64,000 nucleotides of DNA from Candidatus Elulimicrobiales bacterium (GCA_034927475.1 JAYFPW010000002.1:45372-109371), one strand, 5' to 3'; counted from the stretch's first letter, positions 47,937 to 57,777 are shown. The notes: generated from the sequence alone by a model not told the origin. Made by a program: numbers and translations.

Positions 47937-48905
47937 ATGCATTCACAAAATATAAATCTACCATCAAAACCTAAAATTATTAAAGAAGAAGATAATAAAG
48001 GTATTTATGAAATCGATGGTTTATATCCAGGATATGGATACACTTTGGGTAACTCAATAAGAAGAATAATAATCTCTTCTATTCCTGGAGCAGCTATAAC
48101 CTCTCTTTCGATTGAAGGAGTTAAACATGAATTTTCTACAATTGATGGAATTAAAGAAGATGTAATTTCAATGATTTTAAATTTAAAAGCTGTTAATTTT
48201 ACTTTACATACAGATGAACCTCAAAAAATTTCTTTAAAGGTAAAGGGTCCTAAAGTCGTTACTGCTGCAGATCTTGATGCTAGCTCTGAAGTTGAAGTTT
48301 TAAATAAAGATGCATATATTTGCGAAATCACTGGAAAAGTTTCTTTAGAAATGGAAATGACAATTGAAAAAGGTATCGGTTATGTTTCTAAAGAACAAGT
48401 TGAAAAAGAAAGAACTCCAATTGGAGCTATTGCACTCGACGCTGCTTTTACACCTGTTAAAAGAGCTAGTTATGAAGTAGAAAATATGCGTGTTGGAGAT
48501 AGAACAGATCATAACAGATTAAGATTTTTTATTGAAACAGACGGAACAGTTTCTCCAAAAGAAGTTTTAGAACATTCTATTTCTCTTATGATAAAACAGC
48601 TTCAAGCTGTAGTCGGGTTTAAAGAAAATGTTCTCGAAGCAGAAGGAGGCATGATGTCAGACGATATGGTTGATCCTGTACAAGATTCTTCAGAATCTCC
48701 AGCAAAAGTTAAAATTGAAGAATTACAATTTTCTACACGTACAGAAAATGCTCTTCTTGCTGGAGGCGTTAAATCTTTATCTGGATTATTAAAGAAATCT
48801 GAATCAGATCTTAAAGCTCTTGGAGGGCTTGGAGATAAAGCTGTAGAAGAGATAAAAGAATTGCTTGAAGGAAAAGGGCTCTCTCTTAAACAAGAGAAGA
48901 AGTAA
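47937..48905 (+). CDS. rpoA: DNA-directed RNA polymerase subunit alpha
   Basis: N-terminal domain GYGYTLGNSIRRIIISSIPGAAITS and C-terminal HhH domain (ELQFSTRTENALLAGGVKSLSGLL). Confidence 0.9.
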   Translation: MHSQNINLPSKPKIIKEEDNKGIYEIDGLYPGYGYTLGNSIRRIIISSIPGAAITSLSIEGVKHEFSTIDGIKEDVISMILNLKAVNFTLHTDEPQKISLKVKGPKVVTAADLDASSEVEVLNKDAYICEITGKVSLEMEMTIEKGIGYVSKEQVEKERTPIGAIALDAAFTPVKRASYEVENMRVGDRTDHNRLRFFIETDGTVSPKEVLEHSISLMIKQLQAVVGFKENVLEAEGGMMSDDMVDPVQDSSESPAKVKIEELQFSTRTENALLAGGVKSLSGLLKKSESDLKALGGLGDKAVEEIKELLEGKGLSLKQEKK

Positions 48906-48952
48906 AAATTTGCAAAAATACTTAAAAAAGTGTATAAAATAGAGACAAAAAC

Positions 48953-49306
48953 ATGAAGCATCATAAAAATTTTAGAAAATTTGGACGAGAAAGAAATCAA
49001 AGACACGCCTTTATTAAAGGTCTTGCTATTAATCTTATTCGTCATGGAAAAATGGAAACAACCGAAGCTAGAGCTAAAGAAATTAGACCTTTTGTAGAAA
49101 GATTGGTTACTTTAGCTAAAGTGGATTCTGTTGCTAGGAGAAGACTTGTTTCTAGTAGAATTTACAATCAAGAACCTGAAACAAAAAAACTCTTTGCCGA
49201 AATCGCTCCAAAGTATAAAGATGTAAACGGGGGATATTTAAGAATTACTAAATTAGGACAAAGAATTGGAGATGGTTCACCAATTGCTGTAATTGAATTT
49301 GTATAA
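48953..49306 (+). CDS. rplQ: 50S ribosomal protein L17
   Basis: MKHHKNFRKFGRERNQRHAFIKGLAINLIRHGKMETT..., canonical L17. Confidence 0.9.
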   Translation: MKHHKNFRKFGRERNQRHAFIKGLAINLIRHGKMETTEARAKEIRPFVERLVTLAKVDSVARRRLVSSRIYNQEPETKKLFAEIAPKYKDVNGGYLRITKLGQRIGDGSPIAVIEFV

Positions 49307-49310
49307 ATTT

Positions 49311-49676
49311 ATGACAAACACAAAAGAAACAAAAGAATACATAATTGATGCTTCAGGTAAAGCTCTAGGAAGACTTTCTTCAGAAGTTGCTTCTATTTTA
49401 AATGCAAAAAATTCTCCAAGTTTTGCAAAAAATATCGTAGCTCCAGTTAAAGTGAAAGTTATCAATGCTTCAAAAATTAAATTGACTGGTAAGAAAATGG
49501 ATAATAGTGTTCACAAGACTTATTCTGGTCATCCAGGAGGTCAAAAAGTGAAAACTTTGTCTACTGTAGCTGAAAGAAAAGGCTATTCAGAATTAGTTAG
49601 ACATGCAGTGGAAGGAATGCTTCCAAAAAATAGATTACAAGACAAGAGAATGAAAAATCTTTTAATAGAAGAATAA
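49311..49676 (+). CDS. rplM: 50S ribosomal protein L13
   Basis: YIIDASGKALGRLSSEVASIL...VKVINASKIKLTGKK...HSGHPGG...GMLPKN pattern. Start at ATG 49311. Confidence 0.85.
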   Translation: MTNTKETKEYIIDASGKALGRLSSEVASILNAKNSPSFAKNIVAPVKVKVINASKIKLTGKKMDNSVHKTYSGHPGGQKVKTLSTVAERKGYSELVRHAVEGMLPKNRLQDKRMKNLLIEE

Positions 49677-49694
49677 GTTTAATATTATAAAATT

Positions 49695-50093
49695 ATGAGT
49701 AAAGAACAATACATAGAAGCAATAGGAAGAAGAAAGACAGCGACAGCGAGAGTTCGTTTGACTCCATCCGCTAAAGCTTCTTTTTTGGTTAACGATAAAG
49801 ATATTCACGACTATTTTCCAACTTCCGAACTTCTTACAATAGTTAATTCCGCTTTCAGCAAAACTGATATTCCAAACAAATATGCTATTACTGTAAAAGT
49901 TACTGGTTCGGGTATTCATTCTCAAGCCGAAGCTATTAGACATGGTATTACTAGATGTCTTGTAAAAGAAGATGCTGATTTAAGAAGCGGTCTTAAAAAA
50001 CTCGGTTTCCTCAAAAGAGATCCAAGAAAGAAAGAAAGAAAGAAATTCGGTCTCAAAAAAGCTCGTAAAGGACCAACTTGGTCAAAGAGATAG
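49695..50093 (+). CDS. rpsI: 30S ribosomal protein S9
   Basis: GRRKTATARVRL... and C-terminal ...RKKFGLKKARKGPTWSKR. Confidence 0.9.
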   Translation: MSKEQYIEAIGRRKTATARVRLTPSAKASFLVNDKDIHDYFPTSELLTIVNSAFSKTDIPNKYAITVKVTGSGIHSQAEAIRHGITRCLVKEDADLRSGLKKLGFLKRDPRKKERKKFGLKKARKGPTWSKR

Positions 50094-50103
50094 AAACAAA
50101 AAC

Positions 50104-50136
50104 AAAACTCGGATTATTCCGGGTTTTGTTTTGGAT
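50104..50136 (+). terminator. intrinsic terminator after rpsI
   Basis: aaactcgg-attatt-ccgggttt followed by tgttttggattttttt. Confidence 0.6.
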
Positions 50137-50140
50137 TTTT

Positions 50141-50169
50141 TTGCTAGAAAATATTTTTTATGATATAAT
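50141..50169 (+). promoter_or_regulatory. promoter TTGCTA-17-TATAAT for grpE-dnaK-dnaJ
   Basis: Hexamers with 17-nt spacer, then a long imperfect inverted repeat (cactaat-N35-attagtg) before the grpE ATG. No canonical CIRCE. Confidence 0.5.
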
Positions 50170-50248
50170 ATTTTTATCACTAATGGGTTGCAAATGATTG
50201 TTTTTTCAGTATGATTTTTTATTAGTGTTTTGTTATTTAAAAATTAAT

Positions 50249-50860
50249 ATGAAAGACAAAAAAGATAAAAAAACTTCCGAAAACGAAGAAAATGAAGATA
50301 TTGTTTTTGAGGAATTGAATGAAGATGGTGAAGAAATGACAGAGAAACAGAAAAATAAAAACGAAAAAGAAAAATTAAAAGAGAAATTTGAAGATAAAAT
50401 TGAAAGGCTTGAAAAAGAAAGAGATGAATATTTGAGAGGCTGGCAAAGAGTTCAAGCAGATTATAAAAATAGAGAAAACGAATTAGAAGATTATAAAAAA
50501 AATATTATTAAATTTGCCAATGAAAATTTGGTAAAAGAAATGTTACCAGTTTTTGATGGTTATGATGCCGCGAGAAGCAATAAACAACAATGGGAAGATG
50601 TGAATCCTAATTGGAGAATTGGTGTAGAATATCTTTTCTCACAATTCTTAGATATTTTAGCGGATGCTGGAGTGGTAATTTATGGAGAAGAGGGAGAAGA
50701 ATATGATCCTACTTTCCATGAAGCTATAGAACTTATAGAACTTCCAGATGAAGATAAAAACAAAAACCACAAAATTATTTCCGTTGTTCAGAAAGGATAT
50801 AAAATGGGAGATAAGATATTAAGGGCAGCAAAAGTAAAGGTTGGTAAATTAAAAGACTAA
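50249..50860 (+). CDS. grpE: nucleotide exchange factor GrpE
   Basis: Acidic N-terminus, coiled-coil region and C-terminal GrpE core (...LRGWQRVQADYKNRE..., LPVFDG...). Start taken at MKDKKDK. Confidence 0.85.
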   Translation: MKDKKDKKTSENEENEDIVFEELNEDGEEMTEKQKNKNEKEKLKEKFEDKIERLEKERDEYLRGWQRVQADYKNRENELEDYKKNIIKFANENLVKEMLPVFDGYDAARSNKQQWEDVNPNWRIGVEYLFSQFLDILADAGVVIYGEEGEEYDPTFHEAIELIELPDEDKNKNHKIISVVQKGYKMGDKILRAAKVKVGKLKD

Positions 50861-50911
50861 ATTAAAATTATTAATAATTATTTATAAAATATAGAAAAGA
50901 AAGAAACGAAT

Positions 50912-52816
50912 ATGAGTAAAATAATTGGAATTGACTTAGGAACAACAAATTCAGCGGTAGCTATTATTGAAGGTGGACAACCAAAAATTATAGAAAATGT
51001 TGAAGGATATAGAACTACTCCATCAGTTGTTTCCTATTCTAAAAATGGAGAAAGAACAGTAGGTGTAACCGCTAAAAGACAAGCGGTTATTAACCCTGAA
51101 AATACTATTTATGGGGTAAAGAGATATATGGGACACTCTTTTAAAGATAAAGAAGTACAGAGTGATATTGGAAATGTAGCTTATAAATTAAAAGAGGGTG
51201 AAAATGGATCAGTTTTAATTACTTTAGGAGGTAAAGATTATCGCCCAGAAGAAGTTTCAGCTATGATTCTTCAAAAATTAAAAGCCGATGCAGAAGCTAA
51301 ACTTGGAGAAAAAGTTACAGAAGCTGTTATTACTGTACCCGCATACTTTAACGATTCTCAAAGACAAGCTACAGTTGACGCTGGTAAAATTGCTGGATTG
51401 GAAGTGAAAAGAATTATCCCAGAACCAACAGCAGCAGCGCTTGCTTATGGCTTTAATACAAATAAAAATGAAAAACTTGCAGTCTTTGACTTTGGAGGTG
51501 GAACTTTTGATATTTCTATTCTCGAAGTGGGTGACGGAGTGGTAGAAGTAAAATCAGTGGACGGAGACTCTCATCTCGGAGGTAGAGACATCGATCAGCA
51601 AATTGTCAAAAGTATTATGGCAAGATTTAAAGAGGAGACAGGAATTGATGTCACAGGGGACACTCTTGCTTTACAAAGAATTGATGAAGCAGCAGAAAAA
51701 GCGAAACACGAACTTTCTACTCAATCTGTAGCTGAAATCTTTCTTCCATTCTTAGCGGCAGGTCAAGATGGTCCAAAGAATATACAAATGAATTTAACAC
51801 GTGCCGAACTTGAAAATATAGCACGTCCATTTGTGGATAGAGCAATGGAAATTACCAAAAGAGCGCTTGATAACTCTCCTTTCAAAAAAGAAGAAATTCA
51901 TGATGTGATTTTAGTTGGTGGGCAAACTAGAATGCCTATGGTTGCGGAAGCTGTAAAGAACTTGTTTGGTAAAGAACCAAATAGAAATATTAATCCAGAT
52001 GAAGTGGTGGCTCTCGGAGCAGCTGTTCAAGCTGGAGTTTTACAAGGAGACGTTAAAGACGTTCTCCTTCTCGATGTAATACCTCTTTCACTTGGTATTG
52101 AAACTTTAGGCGGAGTTTCCACTAAGCTTGTAGAAAAAAATACAACTATACCAACTCAAAGATCACAGACTTTTTCTACAGCTGCAGATAGTCAAACTTC
52201 TGTTGAGATTCATATTGTTCAAGGTGAAAGACCAATGGCGGTAGATAATAAATCTTTAGGTAGATTTATTTTAGACGGTATTCCACCAGCACCAAGAGGT
52301 GTTCCACAAGTTGAAGTTAGTTTTGACATTGATGCAAATGGTATTTTAAATGTCAAAGCAAAAGATAAAACTTCTGGTAAAGAACAGTCTATTAGAATTG
52401 AAGCAAGTTCCGGACTTTCAGATGAAGATATTAAAAGAATGCAATCTGAAGCAGAAACAAATGCCGAAGCAGATAAAAAGAAAATGGAAGTCGCGGAAGC
52501 AAAAAATCTTGCTGATCAAATGGTTCATACCGCAGAAAAAGCTTTGAAAGATGCAGAAGGAAAAATCTCTGATGAAATTAAAAATAATGTTACTCAAAAG
52601 AGAATTGATTTAACTTCTATCAAAAATAATCCAGATTCATCTATAGAGCAAATTAAAAAAGCCACCGAAGAACTTTCAGAAGCTATGATGAAAATAGGTG
52701 AAGCTATGGGCGCTCAAGCTAATCCTGGACAAACTGAAGCGAATCCTAATCCTGATCAGCCACATTTTGATCATGATGACGAAGAATTAAAGAAAGATAA
52801 CGAAACACAAAATTAA
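50912..52816 (+). CDS. dnaK: molecular chaperone DnaK (Hsp70)
   Basis: [29 protein letters not shown] and full SBD. Length 634 aa. Confidence 0.95.
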   Translation: MSKIIGIDLGTTNSAVAIIEGGQPKIIENVEGYRTTPSVVSYSKNGERTVGVTAKRQAVINPENTIYGVKRYMGHSFKDKEVQSDIGNVAYKLKEGENGSVLITLGGKDYRPEEVSAMILQKLKADAEAKLGEKVTEAVITVPAYFNDSQRQATVDAGKIAGLEVKRIIPEPTAAALAYGFNTNKNEKLAVFDFGGGTFDISILEVGDGVVEVKSVDGDSHLGGRDIDQQIVKSIMARFKEETGIDVTGDTLALQRIDEAAEKAKHELSTQSVAEIFLPFLAAGQDGPKNIQMNLTRAELENIARPFVDRAMEITKRALDNSPFKKEEIHDVILVGGQTRMPMVAEAVKNLFGKEPNRNINPDEVVALGAAVQAGVLQGDVKDVLLLDVIPLSLGIETLGGVSTKLVEKNTTIPTQRSQTFSTAADSQTSVEIHIVQGERPMAVDNKSLGRFILDGIPPAPRGVPQVEVSFDIDANGILNVKAKDKTSGKEQSIRIEASSGLSDEDIKRMQSEAETNAEADKKKMEVAEAKNLADQMVHTAEKALKDAEGKISDEIKNNVTQKRIDLTSIKNNPDSSIEQIKKATEELSEAMMKIGEAMGAQANPGQTEANPNPDQPHFDHDDEELKKDNETQN

Positions 52817-52871
52817 AGTTTTTTAGAGTAGAAAATATTTTTCTACTCAATAAAGATTTTAAATTAAATTT

Positions 52872-53987
52872 ATGGCAAATAAGGATTATTACGAAACATT
52901 AGGAGTCTCTAAAAGCGCCTCAAAAGACGAAATAAAGAAGGCTTTCTATAAATTAGCTGCAAAGTATCATCCGGACAAAAAAGATGGTGACGAGGCCAAA
53001 TTTAAAGAAATAAACGAAGCTTATCAAGTGCTTTCTAATGATCAAAAGAGAAAAGAATACGATATGTATGGCCAGACCTTTTCTGGAGCTGGGAGTCAAG
53101 GCGGAGCTGGACCATTTGGACAAGGTGGCGGATTTGGTGGGTTTGATTTTTCCGGTTTTGGACAAGGAGATTTTCAAAATATGGAGTTTGATTTAGGGGA
53201 TATTTTTGGAGATATTTTTGGCGGTGGAGGTTTTTCTCCTTTTGGTAGACAAAGAGAAAAAAGAGGTAGAGACATGACTTTAGAGATGGATATAACTTTT
53301 GAAGAGTCTATTTTTGGAGTTGAGAGAAATATTTTAATTTCGAAAATTTCAAAATGTAAAACTTGTACTGGAACTGGAGCAAAACCAGGAACAAAACTAG
53401 AAACCTGTAAAAGATGTGGCGGTAAAGGAAAAACTAATGAGGTAAAAAGAACTATTTTTGGAGCTATGCAATCAGTGCAGACTTGTATAGCTTGTAATGG
53501 CAAAGGAGAAATTCCAAAAGAAAAATGTTCTACTTGTGGTGGAGATGGAATTGTAAATGCTAAGGAAGAAATAAAAATTAATGTTCCAGCTGGAATTAGA
53601 AATGGAGAAACTATAAAAATTAATGGAATGGGCGAAGCTATTTCAAATGGCAAGACAGGGGATTTATATGTCACAATTTTAGTTAAACCTCACAAAATTT
53701 GGAGAAGGGAAAATTATGATTTAATAATGACTCACAATGTAAATTTTTCAGATATCCTTTTGGGAACTAAGCAAATTATTCCTGGTCTAGATGGAAATAT
53801 TGAATTAGAAATCCCGGCTGGTATTTCTCTCGGGGAAACTTTAATAATAAAAGGAAGAGGTGTACCAATAGCTAATAATAAAAACAATAGAGGAAATGTT
53901 CTTATTAAATTAAATATTCAGACACCAAAAAGAATCTCTAAAAAAGTAGAAGAATTAGCTAAAAAATTAAAAGAAGAAGGGCTTTAA
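52872..53987 (+). CDS. dnaJ: molecular chaperone DnaJ
   Basis: J-domain with HPD (KYHPDKK), G/F-rich region and four CxxCxGxG zinc motifs. Confidence 0.93.
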   Translation: MANKDYYETLGVSKSASKDEIKKAFYKLAAKYHPDKKDGDEAKFKEINEAYQVLSNDQKRKEYDMYGQTFSGAGSQGGAGPFGQGGGFGGFDFSGFGQGDFQNMEFDLGDIFGDIFGGGGFSPFGRQREKRGRDMTLEMDITFEESIFGVERNILISKISKCKTCTGTGAKPGTKLETCKRCGGKGKTNEVKRTIFGAMQSVQTCIACNGKGEIPKEKCSTCGGDGIVNAKEEIKINVPAGIRNGETIKINGMGEAISNGKTGDLYVTILVKPHKIWRRENYDLIMTHNVNFSDILLGTKQIIPGLDGNIELEIPAGISLGETLIIKGRGVPIANNKNNRGNVLIKLNIQTPKRISKKVEELAKKLKEEGL

Positions 53988-54178
53988 AATCATCCATTAA
54001 TAATTTGAGAGCCATTCATATAGGTAATTATCAAAAAGAAAATTATAACAACAAGAATTATAACTATTGAAATTAAAATCTTTTTTAATCTATTATTTTC
54101 TTTTTTTTCTGGTTGAAATATATCTTGATCTTCCATATATATCTATACATAAATTATAACATATCAAAAAACTTCTAT

Positions 54179-54207
54179 TTAAATTTTTAGGTTAAATAAG
54201 TTATAAT
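54179..54207 (+). promoter_or_regulatory. weak-(-35) promoter with extended -10 (gtTATAAT) for tRNA-Gln(CTG)
   Basis: TATAAT at 54202-07 places the TSS ~6 nt before the tRNA 5' end. The -35 TTAAAT is poor. Confidence 0.35.
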
Positions 54208-54219
54208 AGCGATACAAAT

Positions 54220-54293
54220 TGCCCATTCGTCTAATGGTAGGACAACAGTTTCTGGCACTGTTAATTGAGGTTCGACTCCTTGATGGGCAGCCA
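54220..54293 (+). tRNA. tRNA-Gln (anticodon CTG), CCA encoded
   Basis: Manual fold: acceptor tgcccat/atgggca (perfect), U8, D-arm gtc-taatggtag-gac, anticodon arm acagt-uuCUGgc-actgt, T-arm tgagg-TTCGACT-ccttg, discriminator G then CCA. Confidence 0.8.
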
Positions 54294-54326
54294 TATTTAC
54301 TCTAAATACAGTGGTATAATCATTTT

Positions 54327-55622
54327 ATGAAAGAATTTGCCCCGAAATTAAATACAAATAAAATTGAAAGTAAAGAAGCTAGTGAAAGTGAAAGAGTGGA
54401 TTTAAATTTATTAGCTGAAAAAATTTCTAAATATGAACCAGATTCACAAGAATTTTTTAAATTAAAAAATTCTTTTATGAAATCTATGCCTTTCTTTAGA
54501 GAAAGGATACGAGGATTTGTTGAGTTATATGATGACTCTATATTTTCTCTTGCACTGGATAGTGAATATGAAAAATATTTTATATTAGGTGATAAATTGG
54601 GCTTGTTAACAGAAGAAGATAAAGAAATATTCTATGAACTCTTTAAGCTTGGGCAAATGAGATATGAAATTACCGACAAGATTTTAGAAAAAAGAGAATT
54701 TTATAAGGATAAAAATAAAGAAAAAAAAGAAAAACAAGAAGAGCGTGATAAGAAACTTGAAAAAGAAGAACTGTCAGAATTTATTTTGAAAAAAATGGGC
54801 TTTTCCTCAAAAGAATCTGAAGAACTTATTGGAAGCTGGTTCTCTGTGCAACAAGAAGATTTGTTAAAGTGGTATATATCGGAAAATCTACAAAATATAA
54901 AGAATTTAGAAGGTTTTGAAAAAGGTTCGGTAAAGTATTTATTTGATAATTTTGGTATTCGCGGTTTCGGAAGATATCGTCTACACGAACTTAAAAAACA
55001 GTATGAAGAGAGAGAAAATATGGGGCCATATGGTGTATTTTTTCAGGCAGTTTTTGACTCAAATGGATCTTTTGTAAATTCAAACCAATCAGAATCTTTA
55101 GGTGAAAAAGTAGAAGAACATGATTTTCTTATTAGAATTGTAGAAGCTGATGGAAAAATAGATTTAGCTAAAAGATTACTCTATTTGAGAGATAAATATG
55201 ATCAAAAAATAAAATTTATGTATATGCATGTCCATGGCCATACCAGTGTTGTTGGGTTAGGGGATCGTAAAGGCTCTAATAGACTACTTCTACAAAAAGA
55301 TTTAGAGGGTAAAGGTGTGCAAAGAGTTAAAAATTTATTTGAAGATGATGCTGAACTAATTCTCTCTAGTTGTTTAACAGGGATTAAGGGAGGTCTCGCA
55401 GAAGAAATGGCTAACACTTATGATGTTAAAGTTATAGCAGCCGATAAGCCAACAGTAGGAGAACCAATTTCTATAGATATAGAAAAAACTCCAGATGGAA
55501 ATAATTTAAAATTTGATATTATTTTTAATACGGCAGAAATGGAGGATAAAGATTGGGGAGAAATAGAAAAAAGATCCGATTTATTCGGTACTGTTACTTA
55601 TAATCCAAAAAATAAAAATTAA
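54327..55622 (+). CDS. hypothetical protein: coiled-coil K/E-rich N-terminal half plus C-terminal region with a caspase/CHAT-like His...Cys signature
   Basis: C-terminal FMYMHVHGHTS...(47 aa)...ELILSSCLTGIKGGLAEEMANTYDVKVIAADKPT has a His-Gly then a hydrophobic strand-Cys-x-T-G, followed by a G..A....V.VIA segment, as in caspase-hemoglobinase-fold (CHAT/C14) peptidases. Confidence 0.35.
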   Translation: MKEFAPKLNTNKIESKEASESERVDLNLLAEKISKYEPDSQEFFKLKNSFMKSMPFFRERIRGFVELYDDSIFSLALDSEYEKYFILGDKLGLLTEEDKEIFYELFKLGQMRYEITDKILEKREFYKDKNKEKKEKQEERDKKLEKEELSEFILKKMGFSSKESEELIGSWFSVQQEDLLKWYISENLQNIKNLEGFEKGSVKYLFDNFGIRGFGRYRLHELKKQYEERENMGPYGVFFQAVFDSNGSFVNSNQSESLGEKVEEHDFLIRIVEADGKIDLAKRLLYLRDKYDQKIKFMYMHVHGHTSVVGLGDRKGSNRLLLQKDLEGKGVQRVKNLFEDDAELILSSCLTGIKGGLAEEMANTYDVKVIAADKPTVGEPISIDIEKTPDGNNLKFDIIFNTAEMEDKDWGEIEKRSDLFGTVTYNPKNKN

Positions 55623-56569
55623 TCTCTAACAACAACTGTAGTTCCTAAATCTGCCCATTCGTATAATTTTTCAGAATCAGTTGGAACTAAGTTCACACAA
55701 CCGTGTGACCATTGAGAGCCAAATTTATCATGCCAATAAGCTCCGTGTATAGCTCCACCTTGATAGGTAAAATACATTGTCCAAGGAACTCCAGGAAGAT
55801 CATAATATTGTTCAGAAATACCAGGAAGAGGTCCTTGCATATAACGGCTTGGAGTTTTTTCAAAAATATTAAAATTACCACGAGGAGTTGGTAAATCATC
55901 TAGTCCAGTAGAAACTAAAACTTCCATAAATAAAGTATCGCCATCATAAGCATAAAGTTTTTGTTCACTTCTATCCACAATAATTTTTTTATTAGTTAAA
56001 TTTTCAACTTTCGCATCTTTTGCGTAACGAGTTTTTTCACTAGTTAAATCTTTCAAATATTCTGTAGAAACATACCACTCAGAAGCCAATCTATCTGAAT
56101 ATCTTACCCATTCATCAAAAACGATATGAGACCATTCTACACCATCAGCCTCAGTAATTTCTCCAGTAGATTTTAAAACCATACCTGTTCTGAGACTGGT
56201 GACAACAGGACAATTTACACTAGGGCAAGCTCTTGCTCTCACACAAGTTCCACCAAAGTGTGCGTCACAACTATCAATAACTTCTACGTATTTACCAGAT
56301 TTTGTAATAATAGAAACAGTGTCTTTAGTTGTAGAAGCGGTTTCTTCTGTGGTAGTTGAAGTTGTTTCAGTACTAGACAGATTTTCTTCAGTACTTGAAG
56401 AAGTTTCTATTTCGATAGGGGATAATGGAGTATTTAAGTTGAAAGAATCATTTTTAATAAAAGATTGTCCTGCTAGATAAATTAATAAAAGTAGAGTAAA
56501 AACGATAACAGAGATTGTTAAAATTTTAACCAGGTCTTTATTAGATTTTATTTTAGTATTTTTTTTCAT
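55619..56569 (-). CDS. L,D-transpeptidase (YkuD domain) with N-terminal membrane anchor and Ser/Thr-rich linker
   Basis: C-terminal catalytic domain with HG...SHGCVNL (catalytic Cys). N-terminal TM helix plus STEENLSSTETTSTTTEETASTT linker. Confidence 0.8.
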   Translation of the reverse strand: MKKNTKIKSNKDLVKILTISVIVFTLLLLIYLAGQSFIKNDSFNLNTPLSPIEIETSSSTEENLSSTETTSTTTEETASTTKDTVSIITKSGKYVEVIDSCDAHFGGTCVRARACPSVNCPVVTSLRTGMVLKSTGEITEADGVEWSHIVFDEWVRYSDRLASEWYVSTEYLKDLTSEKTRYAKDAKVENLTNKKIIVDRSEQKLYAYDGDTLFMEVLVSTGLDDLPTPRGNFNIFEKTPSRYMQGPLPGISEQYYDLPGVPWTMYFTYQGGAIHGAYWHDKFGSQWSHGCVNLVPTDSEKLYEWADLGTTVVVRD

Positions 56570-57048
56570 TTATTTTTTATATTCTTATCAAATAATATAA
56601 AAACACTTCCTAATATTATACCAAATGAATTTGCTGTTAAATCAAGCCAGGTATCATTTACGCTTAAAGCAAAAACTAAACTCGTATTCATTTGTACAAA
56701 GAATTCAAATATTTCGTTTAAAACTCCTAAAAAAGTAACTATTAAGGCAGTTAAAATGAGAATTTGTAACTTATTCAGTTTAACCTCACTATCTTTAAAA
56801 GATAAATAAGAAATTAACATAGTTAAAAATCCTCCAGCTATAGCATGCTGAACTCTGTTAGCAAATTCAGGATCTTTAATAAAAAAGACTATAGAAAATA
56901 TAAAAATTCCAGAAAACAAAATTATTAAGAAAGATTTTTTCTTTAAAGTTTTTTTATTTATTTTTCCTTTAAAAATAAACTGGAAAGCATAGTTTAACAT
57001 TACATAAAGAATTATATAAGCTACTATAAAAATAATATAAGAAATCAT
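56566..57048 (-). CDS. hypothetical polytopic membrane protein (start trimmed to avoid the tRNA)
   Basis: 4-5 TM helices. The 41 N-terminal codons of the ORF-track call (…SSNGRTAAFEAVNVGSIPA…) are the antisense translation of a tRNA-Gln gene, so the start is placed at MISY (ATG 57048). Confidence 0.45.
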   Translation of the reverse strand: MISYIIFIVAYIILYVMLNYAFQFIFKGKINKKTLKKKSFLIILFSGIFIFSIVFFIKDPEFANRVQHAIAGGFLTMLISYLSFKDSEVKLNKLQILILTALIVTFLGVLNEIFEFFVQMNTSLVFALSVNDTWLDLTANSFGIILGSVFILFDKNIKNK

Positions 57049-57068
57049 ATAAACTAAACTTAAACTTG

Positions 57069-57139
57069 CTGCCAGAGCTGGAATCGAACCAACATTCACA
57101 GCTTCAAAGGCTGCTGTCCTACCATTAGACGATCTGGCA
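57069..57139 (-). tRNA. tRNA-Gln (anticodon TTG)
   Basis: Reverse complement folds as acceptor tgccaga/tctggca, U8, D-arm gtc-taatggtag-gac, anticodon arm gcagc-cuUUGaa-gctgt, T-arm gttgg-TTCGATT-ccagc, discriminator G. The GGTTCGATTCC T-loop is visible. Confidence 0.85.
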
Positions 57140-57263
57140 ATAGATAAAATATAACATAAAAATAAGAGCATTTCAATTTCTAAATATAAAAATATAAAAA
57201 GTAAAAACCCCGACCGAAGTCAGGGTTTTCACAGTGTTGCGATACAAGTACCACAACAGTAAT

Positions 57264-57292
57264 AATATAGCATAAGCTAAAAAATAATGCAA
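57264..57292 (-). promoter_or_regulatory. promoter TTGCAT-17-TATATT (minus strand) for tRNA-Gln(TTG)
   Basis: Reverse complement of 57264-57292 is ttgcat-tattttttagcttatgc-tatatt. Shares the TTGCATTATTTTTT start with the rRNA promoter. A hairpin (57200-57228) lies in the leader. Confidence 0.5.
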
Positions 57293-57484
57293 GTCTTTTT
57301 AAAAGATTCTGTTAAAAAGTGTTAAGAAAGTTTTAAAAAGCCTTATTTTACACAATTTTTATATTCTGCCACATAAAAAATATTTTTCTAGTTGCTTTTG
57401 TTTTTTAGTTTAAGTTATAATTGAGTGACTATAAAAGTTTTTAGTTTTTTTATTAAAAGTATAATTAGTTTAAAATAAAAAGAT

Positions 57485-57715
57485 ATGACATTCACAAATG
57501 AAAATCCAAACAGAATTATTGAGAATAAAAATGAAAAGTTCTTTTCATTAAAAGATATTCCAAAAGATGTCATTGAAAAAGTTAATGCTAAACTAGAAAA
57601 ATTAACTAAAAACGAAAATTCAAAATTAGAAACTTATGGTCGATATGGTAATCTTGTAAAAATGACCAGTGTAGCCTCTCTTTATAGTAAAAATTTTGGA
57701 CCGAGTATAGCTTAA
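57485..57715 (+). CDS. hypothetical small protein (76 aa)
   Basis: ORF only. No motifs. Confidence 0.25.
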   Translation: MTFTNENPNRIIENKNEKFFSLKDIPKDVIEKVNAKLEKLTKNENSKLETYGRYGNLVKMTSVASLYSKNFGPSIA

Positions 57716-57777
57716 TATTTCTTGTGGATAAAAAATAGGAGCTTTTTAAAAGAGTGATATTATAAGTATATAAAAGT

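Noticed and set aside
48602-49045. 147-aa minus-strand ORF antisense to rpoA/rplQ, and similar antisense ORFs inside dnaJ (53174-53674, 52953-53177), dnaK (52350-52547), ftsK (11346-12057), recA (10031-10219), rpsA-like gene (7884-8691) and alaS (42289-42552, 43521-43820)
   Set aside because: All are embedded in or antisense to high-confidence conserved genes and have low-complexity composition. Treated as ORF-finder artefacts.
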